From a virus: DNA of 64,000 bases. The position numbers and the translations under genes are program-made. This document shows positions 54,009 through 63,775 of this stretch, piece by piece. The first letter of the stretch is position 1; every line of letters starts with the position of its first letter. The notes beneath the pieces were generated by a model, which was not told the origin of the DNA, made no database searches, and saw nothing but the letters and a program-made list of their open reading frames with translations. The stretch covers positions 64,001-128,000 of IMG/VR virus record IMGVR_UViG_3300012009_000091; one strand, written 5' to 3'.

Positions 54009-54917
54009 ATGATTAATGACAAGAAGATCTGTTTCTATCACAAGGTAGATCCTGACGGCTGGTGTTCGGCTGCGATTCTCTATGACTACTGGGGTCGTCG
54101 GGATCACGTGTTCTACGGTATTAACCATGGAGACAGATTTCCGTGGGCGCGTATTGACTCGGAAACCGAGGTCTGGATGCTGGATTTCAGCCTGTCTATT
54201 AGCGGTATGATTCGTCTTGCCGAGAAGTGTAAGAGGCTCGTGTGGGTAGACCACCACAAAACGACGCTGGAAGACAAGCACATCTATGAACCGGGATTCG
54301 AGGGCCTGCAACGAGAAGGAGATGCCGGGTGTGAACTACTCTGGGAATTCCTTTACGGCGACGAAGAAATGCCGCAAGCCGTGCACCTCATTGGGCGTTA
54401 TGACGTTTGGAAATGGCATGACGTTCCTGGGTCGCTCGAGTTCACGACAGGACTGCGTAGCAGAGAATGGGCTTCTCGACCCAAAGACTCTTTTTGGACG
54501 GCGCTAATCTCTTCTGAACACCCCGGTCACAATAGTATCGTGAACCACTACATTGAAGATGGAAAACTTCTACTCAAGTGTCGGAATCGTGACTGGCGGA
54601 TATACGTTTTGGGACACGCATTTGCTACTACGCTTATCTTGCCGAACAAGTTTGCAGAGTACTCAGTGGTCGCCTGTAACCGGGGCGGAGTAAACAGCCA
54701 GTTCTTTGACTTCAGAGAACTCGAATCCCTGTTTCACTACGTTGATTTTGCAGTGAATTTTGCGTGGAAACGCGGACAGTGGAAAGTCGGGCTCTGGAAA
54801 CCTGATTGGATTGACAACGATATTCACTGCGGAGACATTGCCAAAACCTTCGGCGGTGGCGGGCACGAAGGAGCCGCGGGTTTCCGGTGTAAGTCCTTAC
54901 CATTCGAGATCGTCTGA
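54009..54917 (+). CDS. DHH/DHHA1 family phosphoesterase
   Basis: YHKVDPDG, LDFS, VDHH and GGGGHEGAAGF. Confidence 0.9.
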   Translation: MINDKKICFYHKVDPDGWCSAAILYDYWGRRDHVFYGINHGDRFPWARIDSETEVWMLDFSLSISGMIRLAEKCKRLVWVDHHKTTLEDKHIYEPGFEGLQREGDAGCELLWEFLYGDEEMPQAVHLIGRYDVWKWHDVPGSLEFTTGLRSREWASRPKDSFWTALISSEHPGHNSIVNHYIEDGKLLLKCRNRDWRIYVLGHAFATTLILPNKFAEYSVVACNRGGVNSQFFDFRELESLFHYVDFAVNFAWKRGQWKVGLWKPDWIDNDIHCGDIAKTFGGGGHEGAAGFRCKSLPFEIV

Positions 54918-54950
54918 TAACTCTGACACAGCAGTAATAGGAGAAACAAC

Positions 54951-56003
54951 ATGAACGTACATTTCATCTACAAGCCGCGCAGTGGAGACCGAGTTTTTGC
55001 CATGCGACCGACTCCCGGAATCGCGGTCGTCAAATATGACAACGGCTGCCGGCATGCGGCCGGTGGAATTTTGCTCGGGTGGGATGCCGCCCAACCAGGC
55101 GAATGGTGGAGGTCCACCGCAAAAGCGGTGGTCAGTGCCGTGGTGGAGTGCTGCGGCGGCCTTGCTTGGGACGAGCAAGGAACGATCTGGATGATCATCC
55201 CGGAGAATGGTGCAGACACCGCCCTACGCCTTATCGAGGAAATCAGGGAGATCGATGTGTCTGGCCAGAGCGCTGGGTGGCTTGGCAATCGAGTGCGTCT
55301 CGGCTTGTGGGTAGAAATCGTCGGTACCCGTCTCGGGTGGGCGGCCGATAGCGGGCCAGCTCCAGTCACTCGCCGTCGACACGATGACGGCAAGTGGGAA
55401 TACATCGCCCGCCCCCCCGGGGCGGTGGTGGTCTGGACGGCTCCGTGGGCGTCCGAGGATGCCTGCGAGGAGGTCGAGGCGGAGGTCGAGGCGGAGGCGG
55501 AGGTCGAGGCGGAGGCGTTGGTCGTTACTCCGACCCTGTTGGAGATGGCGGGCGGAATAAACCTCTGCGGGCATCATGCCTACGTCACAATCGACATCCT
55601 GCATGATCTGCTGTCCCGAGGCATCAATCTCCGGGGCGCAATCCGTGTCTTGCGCGTCGACGCATCCACTCCGCAGGAGTGGCGCGATCGCGCTCGAGCC
55701 GAAGACGCGGTAATCCGCGAAGCGAGAGAGGACGGCCTCCGGGTTTCCCCGGAACATCTTGCTGCCCACCCTGATATCTGCTGGACGGTGGGCACGATAC
55801 GATCTGAACTGGCCAAAGCTCCGTCCAGCGACGGACTGATCGGCTGCCAGGAGGTCGAGGCGGCGGCGAACATTATGCGCGAGGATCGAGTCCGGGCGGT
55901 GACGGTCCTGGCACTGCATCAGTGCCAGTCGTACGCCACGTGGGTCGAGCACGCCATCCATGGAATGGCCGATCTCGCGGCTCCCATGCCAGAAAGGTGG
56001 TAG
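54951..56003 (+). CDS. hypothetical protein, paralog A (N domain plus one C domain)
   Basis: First 27 aa identical to 56046..57719; EVEA-repeat linker. Confidence 0.7.
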   Translation: MNVHFIYKPRSGDRVFAMRPTPGIAVVKYDNGCRHAAGGILLGWDAAQPGEWWRSTAKAVVSAVVECCGGLAWDEQGTIWMIIPENGADTALRLIEEIREIDVSGQSAGWLGNRVRLGLWVEIVGTRLGWAADSGPAPVTRRRHDDGKWEYIARPPGAVVVWTAPWASEDACEEVEAEVEAEAEVEAEALVVTPTLLEMAGGINLCGHHAYVTIDILHDLLSRGINLRGAIRVLRVDASTPQEWRDRARAEDAVIREAREDGLRVSPEHLAAHPDICWTVGTIRSELAKAPSSDGLIGCQEVEAAANIMREDRVRAVTVLALHQCQSYATWVEHAIHGMADLAAPMPERW

Positions 56004-56045
56004 GCATGATGTCGCCCAAAGGTAACATAAATAAGGAGACAAAGC

Positions 56046-57719
56046 ATGAATGTACACTTCATTTACAAGCCTCGTAGCGGAGATCGAGTTTTTGCCATGC
56101 GACCGACTCCCGGAATCGCGGTCGTGCAGTACGATAATGGGTGCCTGCATGTGGCAGGCGGCTCGTTGCTCGCGTTTGAGACAGCAGTTCCCGGTAGTTG
56201 GTGGCGGGACAAAGCACGGAAATTGTTTTCGACCGTAGTGCTGTATACCGGTGGAGTTGCATGGGACGACCGGGGCAAGGTGTCTGTGGTTCTCCCGGAA
56301 TTTACGGCGCCGGTCGTACTCGACATCGCGGAAGCGGCTGAGGCCATGGAAGACAATGCACCAGGCTGGTTTGCTAACCGGGCACGTCTTGGAATGTGGT
56401 ATGAAATCATATCCCAGCGTGTGGAGTGCGGCTTAAATGTTTATGAATGGGCGCCTGTGACGCGTCGTGAGGTAGACGGAAAGTGGGCATATACTGCGAA
56501 GCTACCTGGATCCGACGCTCATTGGACAGCCCCCTGGCCGTCTGATGACGCTGACTGCTCTGAGACGACGTCGGTGTCGGATACGGAAGACACCGAGGAC
56601 GTGCCCCGCGTGCCCGAAGACATAGCCGAAGAGAAGACCCTGGGCGTCAAGAGGGGAACGATTTTGACCGTGACCCCGACCCATCTTCTTGGCCTGAGCA
56701 ACCTCGATTTTAGAGGAACTTTTACATACGTGGATATAGATACTCTACGAGACATTGAACACGAAGATTGGGGGAATGATTCCGTCATTCGAGCCCTGTA
56801 CCAAGATGCGAATACCCCGCGGGAATGGTTGACGCGGGCGCGAGCCGAGGACCAAGTGATTCGACGGGCTCTCGACGACGGGCTTCGAGTAACTCCGAAG
56901 CATTTGGCTCGACACCCGGATATTTGCTGGGATGAAGAGCTCATCGAAAAAGAATATCGGCAGGCAGGAGGGTCTTCTGACGGTCTGATCGGGCGGCCTG
57001 AAGTACGGCAGGCACTTTTGTCGGAAAGCGAATCTGATTCCGCCATCAGGGCTTTGAAACTAGAAAAATGCCTGCCTACCGTTGAGGGGGTCGAGTGGCA
57101 AGAACAAGCCATCCACACAATGGCGAATCAAAAATCTGGCTGTGAGAACTGTGCTCAGTCGACCTCTGAAGACAATGACGCTGGCAACAAAGAGAAGAAG
57201 GACTTGAAAAACATTGCGGGCGAACTCATTTTGAAAATGACGCCAACCCATTTCAATAAAGTGTGTGATCGTGATTTGCGGGGGAGTCATGCATATGTGA
57301 CGGTAGACATTCTAGAAGAAATCGCGTGTACGGCTCTGCCGTCTGATGTGCTCACGAGAAAGGATTGGTTGCCCCGCGCGGGAATCGAAGACCAGGTGAT
57401 AAACCAAGTTCAAAATAGCGGACTCCGAGTTACTTTGGACCATTTGTTCCGCAATCCAATTATCCGGTGCTATTGGGATGATGATGACGAAGACGAACAA
57501 TTGGCCGCGATCTCGCGCGTTAATAGGAGCCCGGATGGCCTGATCGGTATTCCGGAGGTGTTTCAGACACGCCTCAGTGAAGCCAACCGCACGAAAGTTC
57601 TCGAGGCTTTGAAGCTGGAACAGAGTCCGGGTAACGCTGAGCAGGTGAGGTGGATCGAGCAAGCTATCTGCGAGATGGCGGACTTTATTGAGCAAAAAGT
57701 CATTGAGGAGAAGAAATGA
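56046..57719 (+). CDS. hypothetical protein, paralog B (N domain plus two C domains)
   Basis: Duplicated TPT...YV..D.L...RA..EDQVI...GLRVT..HL...DGLIG.PEV module. Confidence 0.7.
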   Translation: MNVHFIYKPRSGDRVFAMRPTPGIAVVQYDNGCLHVAGGSLLAFETAVPGSWWRDKARKLFSTVVLYTGGVAWDDRGKVSVVLPEFTAPVVLDIAEAAEAMEDNAPGWFANRARLGMWYEIISQRVECGLNVYEWAPVTRREVDGKWAYTAKLPGSDAHWTAPWPSDDADCSETTSVSDTEDTEDVPRVPEDIAEEKTLGVKRGTILTVTPTHLLGLSNLDFRGTFTYVDIDTLRDIEHEDWGNDSVIRALYQDANTPREWLTRARAEDQVIRRALDDGLRVTPKHLARHPDICWDEELIEKEYRQAGGSSDGLIGRPEVRQALLSESESDSAIRALKLEKCLPTVEGVEWQEQAIHTMANQKSGCENCAQSTSEDNDAGNKEKKDLKNIAGELILKMTPTHFNKVCDRDLRGSHAYVTVDILEEIACTALPSDVLTRKDWLPRAGIEDQVINQVQNSGLRVTLDHLFRNPIIRCYWDDDDEDEQLAAISRVNRSPDGLIGIPEVFQTRLSEANRTKVLEALKLEQSPGNAEQVRWIEQAICEMADFIEQKVIEEKK

Positions 57720-58426
57720 TTCAAGAATCGTACGATAGTGGACTACGCAACTTCTCATATACGCATTTTGCGGGTGTGAATTTGAGAGGCGCGAATCTAC
57801 CGGGTGCCAATTTCACGGGGGCCACACTCACGTATGTGAACTTCGTGGGTGCGTACCTACCGAATACCAATTTCACGAGTGCTAATCTCTCGAATGCGGA
57901 TTTTACGGGGGCCAGGCTCACAGGTGCCCGTCTTTCTGGCACTAACTTCACGGATGCCGTGTTAATACATACCGCGTTCAAAAATGCTAATCTCGTGGGT
58001 GCTAACTTCACGGGTGCCACGCTCACGAACACGAGTCTCATAGGAGTCGATTTTAAGGATACCGTACTCACAGGTACCTGCCTCGACCCGGCGGCGATTG
58101 TTCCGCCTCTCACCGATGAAGAGATTCTTGCCGCTGGTCTAGAAATAGACGGTGAGTGGGTATGCGGGTGGAGGACAGAGAGATCAAGAATCGCAGGAGG
58201 CACAAAGTACGTTCCGCGCACAGAGCCGTATGTGGCTCCCATCTTCAGCGTGGATCAATACACTTCCTGCCATCCTGGCATCTACTTGGCTGATCGTAAG
58301 TGGCTTGCTGACCATTATGGGAAACACGAGCCCGTTGTCCGCTGTCGTTGCAGACGTGATGAACTACTTCACTCCGGATATAAGTGGAGGGCAAAAAGAC
58401 TCTGGATCGAGGCGGAGAAAGAATGA
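57716..58426 (+). CDS. pentapeptide repeat protein, copy 1
   Basis: A(N/D)(F/L)xx repeats plus a conserved GWRT...CHPGIYLA...KWRAKRLWIE domain. Confidence 0.9.
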   Translation: MIQESYDSGLRNFSYTHFAGVNLRGANLPGANFTGATLTYVNFVGAYLPNTNFTSANLSNADFTGARLTGARLSGTNFTDAVLIHTAFKNANLVGANFTGATLTNTSLIGVDFKDTVLTGTCLDPAAIVPPLTDEEILAAGLEIDGEWVCGWRTERSRIAGGTKYVPRTEPYVAPIFSVDQYTSCHPGIYLADRKWLADHYGKHEPVVRCRCRRDELLHSGYKWRAKRLWIEAEKE

Positions 58427-59052
58427 CTATTCAGGAAGAGTACGATAGAGGGCGACGAGATTTCAGGGACCTTGATCTCAAGGACGCTGATCTCACAAGC
58501 GCTTATCTCGTTAGCGCAGAACTCATGGGCGCGACATTCACGAGAGCATTTCTCAGATATGCTGATCTCACGGGCGCGAATTTCACAGATACTGATCTCA
58601 CAGGCGCGCAGCTTGAACATTCAAAACTCGCGGATGCCGACTTCACAGGAGCAATTCTCACGAATACAAATCTCATGGGAACTAGGCTCACGGGTACCGT
58701 ACTCACAGATACCTGTCTCGACCCGGAAGCAATTATCCCGTCTCTCATCGATGAAGAGATTATGGCCGCTGGTCTAGAAATGGATGGAGAGTGGGTATAT
58801 GGGTGGAGGACAGAACAATCACAATTCGTAGGAAGCACAAAGTACGTTCCGAGAGAGGAACCGTATATTGCCCACGTCTTCAGTGTAGACCAAAATACTC
58901 CTTGTCACCCTGGAATTTATCTGGCTAGTCACGGGTGGCTTGATTACCACTACAAGAGGAGAAAACCTATTGTCCGCTGTCACTGCAAAAGAGATGAGTT
59001 GATTCATGCCGGAGACAAATGGCGGGCAAAAAGACTCTGGATCGAGGAGTAG
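58423..59052 (+). CDS. pentapeptide repeat protein, copy 2
   Basis: Same architecture; ATGA coupling. Confidence 0.9.
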   Translation: MTIQEEYDRGRRDFRDLDLKDADLTSAYLVSAELMGATFTRAFLRYADLTGANFTDTDLTGAQLEHSKLADADFTGAILTNTNLMGTRLTGTVLTDTCLDPEAIIPSLIDEEIMAAGLEMDGEWVYGWRTEQSQFVGSTKYVPREEPYIAHVFSVDQNTPCHPGIYLASHGWLDYHYKRRKPIVRCHCKRDELIHAGDKWRAKRLWIEE

Positions 59053-59057
59053 AAAGA

Positions 59058-59750
59058 ATGACTATTCAGGAAGAGTATGATGAGGGGAGACGCAATTTCT
59101 CGTATATGCGTTTAGAACACGCATTCCTGAGAGGCGCAAATCTATCGGGTGCAGATTTCACGCATACCGATCTCACGGATGCCATGTTCACGGATGCGGA
59201 CCTCACGGATGCGAACTTCATGAATACACGTTTGATAAACACGATCTTCAAACGTGTTACGCTCACGAACGCGGATTTCAGGGGTGCGGACTTAAATGGC
59301 GCAATCCTCGTAAGTACAAACTTCACGGGAGTCAATCTCACGGATGCGGACTTCGGGGGTACGCACTTGAGGGACATAATTTTCACACGCGCCACGCTCA
59401 CACGTACCTGTTTCGATCCGGAGGCAAGTATCCCGACTCTCACCGATGAAGAGATTCTTGCCGCTGGTCTAGAAATGGATGGAGAGTGGGTATATGGGTG
59501 GAGGACAGAATGGTCGTCTATAAAGCAGGAGAAGTATGTTCCGTGTAAAGAGCCGTATGTGGCACCCGTCTTCAGCGTGAGTCAAAATACTCCTTGCCAC
59601 CCTGGAATCTATCTGGCTGATCGTAAGTGGCTCGTGAGAGAGTACGGAAAGTACGTACCTGTTGTTCGCTGTCGTTGTAAACGATACGAATTAATTCACG
59701 CCGGAGATCAGTGGAGGGCAAAGAGACTCTGGATTGAGGAGGAGAGATGA
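59058..59750 (+). CDS. pentapeptide repeat protein, copy 3
   Basis: Same architecture; GAGGAG RBS. Confidence 0.9.
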   Translation: MTIQEEYDEGRRNFSYMRLEHAFLRGANLSGADFTHTDLTDAMFTDADLTDANFMNTRLINTIFKRVTLTNADFRGADLNGAILVSTNFTGVNLTDADFGGTHLRDIIFTRATLTRTCFDPEASIPTLTDEEILAAGLEMDGEWVYGWRTEWSSIKQEKYVPCKEPYVAPVFSVSQNTPCHPGIYLADRKWLVREYGKYVPVVRCRCKRYELIHAGDQWRAKRLWIEEER

Positions 59751-59865
59751 GTATTCAGGGTGAGTACGATAGAGGGCGACGAAATTTCACGGGCGCCTGT
59801 CTTGATCGGCGGTGGCGGCATCTTCACCCGCCAACGAATAGATGATTCTGGACTGAGGAGGAGAA
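59747..59865 (+). pseudogene. collapsed remnant of a pentapeptide repeat gene
   Basis: MSIQGEYDRGRRNFTGACLD...stop at 59845, then TCTGGACTGAGGAGGAGAA, which resembles the family's 3' end. Confidence 0.7.
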
Positions 59866-60672
59866 ATGAACATTCAAGAGGAGTACAACGAGGGAAGACG
59901 AGACTTCTCGTATATGCGTTTAGAAGGCGTAAATTTGAAAGGCGCAAATCTATTGGGTGCAGATTTCACGAATGCCGATTTCACGAATGCCGATTTCACA
60001 AATGCCGATTTCACGGGTGCCTACTTCAATGGTGCGTACTTAAAAGACGCGATTTTCACCCGCGCCATTCTCGATGATGCGGACTTCACGGCTGCGTACT
60101 TACACGGCGCAGTTCTCACGAAAACGAATTCCAAGAGCGCGAATTTCAACAGCGCGAACCTCGAGAATTCGACGATCAACGAAGCTAAGTTCAGACATTC
60201 TGAACTTGTGGGTACAGATCTTGAAAATGCGAATCTTGAGGGAACAGATTTCACGGGTGCCGACCTCACGTGGGCCAATCTCATAAAGGCGAATTTCACG
60301 GGTGCCATACTCGATGGCACCTGTATCGATCCGGCAGCACCATTACCGCCTCTCACCGATGAGGAGATTCTTGTTGCTGGCCTATACCCAGAAGGTGAGT
60401 GGGTGTATGGGTGGCGAACAGAGATGTCGGCTATGAAGTGCGAGAAATATGTGCCGAGAGAGGAGCCGTATGTGGCTCCCGTCTTCAGCGTGGATCAGAG
60501 AACTCCTTGTCACCCTGGAATCTATCTGGCTAGCCGCAAGTGGTTAATCGAGGCCCGCTGGGATCTTGTTGTTCGCTGTCGCTGCAGGCGTGATGAGCTG
60601 GTTCACGCCGGAGACAAATGGCGGGCAAAAAGACTCTGGATTGAGGAGGGGAGAAATGAATATTCAAGATGA
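59866..60672 (+). CDS. pentapeptide repeat protein, copy 4
   Basis: Same architecture; contains a 15-bp tandem repeat. Confidence 0.9.
   Translation: MNIQEEYNEGRRDFSYMRLEGVNLKGANLLGADFTNADFTNADFTNADFTGAYFNGAYLKDAIFTRAILDDADFTAAYLHGAVLTKTNSKSANFNSANLENSTINEAKFRHSELVGTDLENANLEGTDFTGADLTWANLIKANFTGAILDGTCIDPAAPLPPLTDEEILVAGLYPEGEWVYGWRTEMSAMKCEKYVPREEPYVAPVFSVDQRTPCHPGIYLASRKWLIEARWDLVVRCRCRRDELVHAGDKWRAKRLWIEEGRNEYSR
59962..60015 (+). repeat. 15-bp tandem repeat GATTTCACGAATGCC, about 3.6 units (DFTNA)
   Basis: Near-perfect units with one mismatch. Confidence 0.85.
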
Positions 60673-61507
60673 ATACGACAATGGACGGCAAGATTTCAAG
60701 GGCCTTGATCTAACGGGTACGTTTCTCGTTGACGCGGAGCTCAAGCGCGCCGATTTCACGGACGCGAATTTCACGGACGCTGATCTCACAGGTGTGTGTC
60801 TCAACCAGGCAACCTTGATGGGCGCGACATTCACGAGAGTACTTCTCAGATATGCTGATCTCGTGGACGCGAACTTCGCGAAAGCTGATCTCACGGGCGC
60901 GCGTCTTTATCGCGCCGACCTCACGGGTGCCACGCTCACGAATGCGACGCTCACGGACGCGAATTTCACGGATGCGAGTCTTGCACGTGCCACGTTAGCG
61001 GGTGTCGTTCTCGCGAGCACAAATCTATCGTATGTGTCCTTTATGGATGCTGATCTCACGGACGCCGACTTCACAGGAGCAATTCTCGCGAATACAAATC
61101 TCATGGGAACTAGGCTCACGGGTGCTGTGTTCACGAGTACCTGTCTCGACCCGGAAGCAATTATCCCGTCTCTCACGGACAAGGAGATTTTTGCCGCTGG
61201 ATTGCAGCCGGTAGGTGAGTGGGTGTATGGGTGGAGGACAGAGAGATCAAAAATCGCGGGAGACACAAAGTACGTTCTGAGAGAGGAGCCGTATGTGGCG
61301 CCTGTCTTCAGCGTGAGCCAGAATACTCCTTGCCACCCCGGGATCTACTTGGCTAGTCGCAAATGGCTTGCTGACCATTATGGGAAACACGAGCCCGTTG
61401 TCCGCTGTCACTGCAAAAGAGATGAGTTGATTCATGCCGGAGACAAATGGCGGACAAGAAGACTTTGGATTGAGGAGAATCAGACATGGGAGCACAGTCG
61501 TTCATAG
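60656..61507 (+). CDS. pentapeptide repeat protein, copy 5
   Basis: Same architecture; longest repeat tract. Confidence 0.9.
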   Translation: MNIQDEYDNGRQDFKGLDLTGTFLVDAELKRADFTDANFTDADLTGVCLNQATLMGATFTRVLLRYADLVDANFAKADLTGARLYRADLTGATLTNATLTDANFTDASLARATLAGVVLASTNLSYVSFMDADLTDADFTGAILANTNLMGTRLTGAVFTSTCLDPEAIIPSLTDKEIFAAGLQPVGEWVYGWRTERSKIAGDTKYVLREEPYVAPVFSVSQNTPCHPGIYLASRKWLADHYGKHEPVVRCHCKRDELIHAGDKWRTRRLWIEENQTWEHSRS

Positions 61508-61803
61508 TAGAAATTTGGGCGCGCTCGGAACACCAGGCGTTTAGAAAGGCTCGAGAAGATGCGCACTGGGAACATGGACAAGGAGGGTATACGGGGTCCA
61601 TCGCCGAGAAAAATCGGTTCCAAATGGTTTGGACCTCCCCTGAAGAGGAACCGGTCGACTTGGCAGAAAAACTTCTTGAAGATGATGATTCCGAATTCAG
61701 CAAGTGGGGTCCAGCTGGGTGCATTATGACTCCGCATAAACGGGTAATAGACAGCGGTAGAACCGAGTACAAGTACCTGTTTTTCGGGTGGGCGTCATGC
61801 TGA
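61486..61803 (+). CDS. hypothetical phage protein
   Basis: MGAQSF...EHGQGGYTGSIAEK...KWGPAGCI...FFGWAS; GAGGAG RBS. Confidence 0.7.
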   Translation: MGAQSFIVEIWARSEHQAFRKAREDAHWEHGQGGYTGSIAEKNRFQMVWTSPEEEPVDLAEKLLEDDDSEFSKWGPAGCIMTPHKRVIDSGRTEYKYLFFGWASC

Positions 61804-62048
61804 AAACCGTAATGGAAAGATTGACGCCTGAGTCCCGTGCAAACGTGTTATGCACAGGATGTAGCTGGATTATTCGGGAGCGGGGGGCAGAGCATCTACC
61901 TGACCATTGCCCTCAATGCGAAAAAGAGAGGTTAGAGTCAGATTGGGAAGGGCTGGCCAGGTACGATGCAGCTCGCCGCCTCTTCCAGGACTTCTGTGAG
62001 ATCTATGCTCCAGATTGTGCTGAACCTACGAGAGAAAGAGGAGAATGA
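61797..62048 (+). CDS. Zn-ribbon small protein
   Basis: CTGC...CPQC. Confidence 0.55.
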   Translation: MLKTVMERLTPESRANVLCTGCSWIIRERGAEHLPDHCPQCEKERLESDWEGLARYDAARRLFQDFCEIYAPDCAEPTRERGE

Positions 62049-62857
62049 GTACAAATAAAAATTGTCCAGAAGGGTTTGTTTTGATCAACGCGGGACGGTT
62101 TACGATGGGATCGCCGAGTAGTGAACTGTATCGATACGACGACGAGGACCAACACGGGGTACTGATCACTCGAGACTTCTATTTACAGGCGACGCCGGTG
62201 ACACAAGGTCAATGGCGAAGAGTAATGGGAACTAACCCATCGCCATTCACGAGCTGCGGCAACGTGTACCCGGTAGAGAGGGTGAACTGGTACGAGGCAT
62301 TGGCGTACTTGAATGCACTATCAGAGTCAGAGGGGCTAGAGCCGTATTATTGCCTGACGGGCTGTCGAGGGGTATTGGGCTATAACTACGAATGCGACGA
62401 AGTGAAGACAAAAGGATTGGAGTGCGAAGGATACCGTTTGCCGACGGAAGCCGAGTGGGAGTACGCGGCGCGAGCAGGCACGGAGACGGCTTACTACAGC
62501 GGAGAGAACAGAGCGGCATGGAGCGGCTCGGACCCAAACCTGGAGCGGATAGGGTGGTACTATGGAAACTCGAAGAACAGATCCCATCCAGTCGCGTGCA
62601 AAGAACCAAACTCTTGGGGTTTATACGATATGCTGGGGAATGTGTGTGATTGGGTGTGGGATTGGTATGGAGAATATCCTAGCTGTTCCGTGACAGACCC
62701 AGAAGGGCCGGAAACGGGCAAGTATCGAGTATTTCGAGGGGGCGGCTGGTGTAACGGCGCTCAGTACGTCCGGTCTGCGACTCGCCTCAGGCATGACCCT
62801 GCGGCCCGCAGCATCTTCCTCGGCCTGCGGCCCGCTAGAACAGTAAAATCTAGCTAG
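62045..62857 (+). CDS. FGE-sulfatase/SUMF1 (CLec-fold) domain protein, copy 1
   Basis: FTMGS, PVERVNW, YRLPTEAEWEYAARAG, NSWGLYDMLGNV, RGGGW and G.R.AR. Confidence 0.92.
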   Translation: MSTNKNCPEGFVLINAGRFTMGSPSSELYRYDDEDQHGVLITRDFYLQATPVTQGQWRRVMGTNPSPFTSCGNVYPVERVNWYEALAYLNALSESEGLEPYYCLTGCRGVLGYNYECDEVKTKGLECEGYRLPTEAEWEYAARAGTETAYYSGENRAAWSGSDPNLERIGWYYGNSKNRSHPVACKEPNSWGLYDMLGNVCDWVWDWYGEYPSCSVTDPEGPETGKYRVFRGGGWCNGAQYVRSATRLRHDPAARSIFLGLRPARTVKSS

Positions 62858-62871
62858 GACAGGAGAGAAGA

Positions 62872-63714
62872 ATGATTACGGCCGAAAATTGTCCGGAAGG
62901 ATTCGTTTTGATCAAAGCAGGGCAGTTTACGATGGGTTCACTGCCAAGTGAGCAGCATCGCGGTAGTGACGAAACCAAACACCTGGTGGAGATCACACGG
63001 GATTTCTATTTGCAGACGACGCCGGTGACGCGGGGCCAGTGGCACCACTTGATAGGGAACAACCCATCGTATTTCACGCAGGGCGGCGACGAGTGCCCTG
63101 TGGAAAGCGTGAACTGGTATGAGGCATTGAGCTATCTGAATGCGTTGTCGGAGTCAGAGGGGTTAGAACCGTATTATCGCCTGACGGGCTGTCGAGGAGT
63201 GTTGGGTTGGGGCTGCGGAGGTGGGGGGTATTATCCTGATGGCTATGTATGCTACAGCGTAGAGTCAAAAGGGTTGGATTGCGAAGGGTACCGTTTGCCG
63301 ACGGAAGCCGAGTGGGAATATGCGGCGCGCGCGGGATCCTTGACGGCTTACTACAGTGGCGGGAACATTAAAGATTTAAGCCGCACAGATCCGAATCTGG
63401 CGCAGATAGGGTGGTATTACAAGAACTCGAAGAACAAAGTTCATCCAGTCGCGTGCAAAGAACCAAATGCCTGGGGTCTGTACGACATGCTGGGGAATGT
63501 GTTTGAGTGGGTGTGGGACCGGTATGATTATTATTACCCCTCTGAACCCGTTACGGACCCAGAGGGGCCAGGAACTGGTGCCCGCCGAGTGTACCGGGGA
63601 GGCAGCTGGATCAGCAAGGCGCCGCGTGCTCGGTCTGCTGCTCGCGGCTGGGTTGGCCCTATATACCGCAGCAACGTCATCGGCTTTCGGGCTGCCAGGA
63701 CGGTAAAATACTAG
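62872..63714 (+). CDS. FGE-sulfatase/SUMF1 (CLec-fold) domain protein, copy 2
   Basis: Same motifs; close paralog of copy 1. Confidence 0.92.
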   Translation: MITAENCPEGFVLIKAGQFTMGSLPSEQHRGSDETKHLVEITRDFYLQTTPVTRGQWHHLIGNNPSYFTQGGDECPVESVNWYEALSYLNALSESEGLEPYYRLTGCRGVLGWGCGGGGYYPDGYVCYSVESKGLDCEGYRLPTEAEWEYAARAGSLTAYYSGGNIKDLSRTDPNLAQIGWYYKNSKNKVHPVACKEPNAWGLYDMLGNVFEWVWDRYDYYYPSEPVTDPEGPGTGARRVYRGGSWISKAPRARSAARGWVGPIYRSNVIGFRAARTVKY

Positions 63715-63775
63715 AAAAAGATAGCGCCGTCCTAGATCCTGTGCGGCAGCTCGACCCGTAACTTGGAGATAGATC

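Noticed and set aside
55224-56150. 308 aa minus-strand ORF, and similar long antisense ORFs at 11725, 17970, 22631, 24708, 36130 and 50983
   Set aside because: Shadows of well-supported plus-strand genes; no motifs or convincing RBS.
62045-63714. Complete diversity-generating retroelement
   Set aside because: No reverse transcriptase, accessory gene or template repeat in the window.
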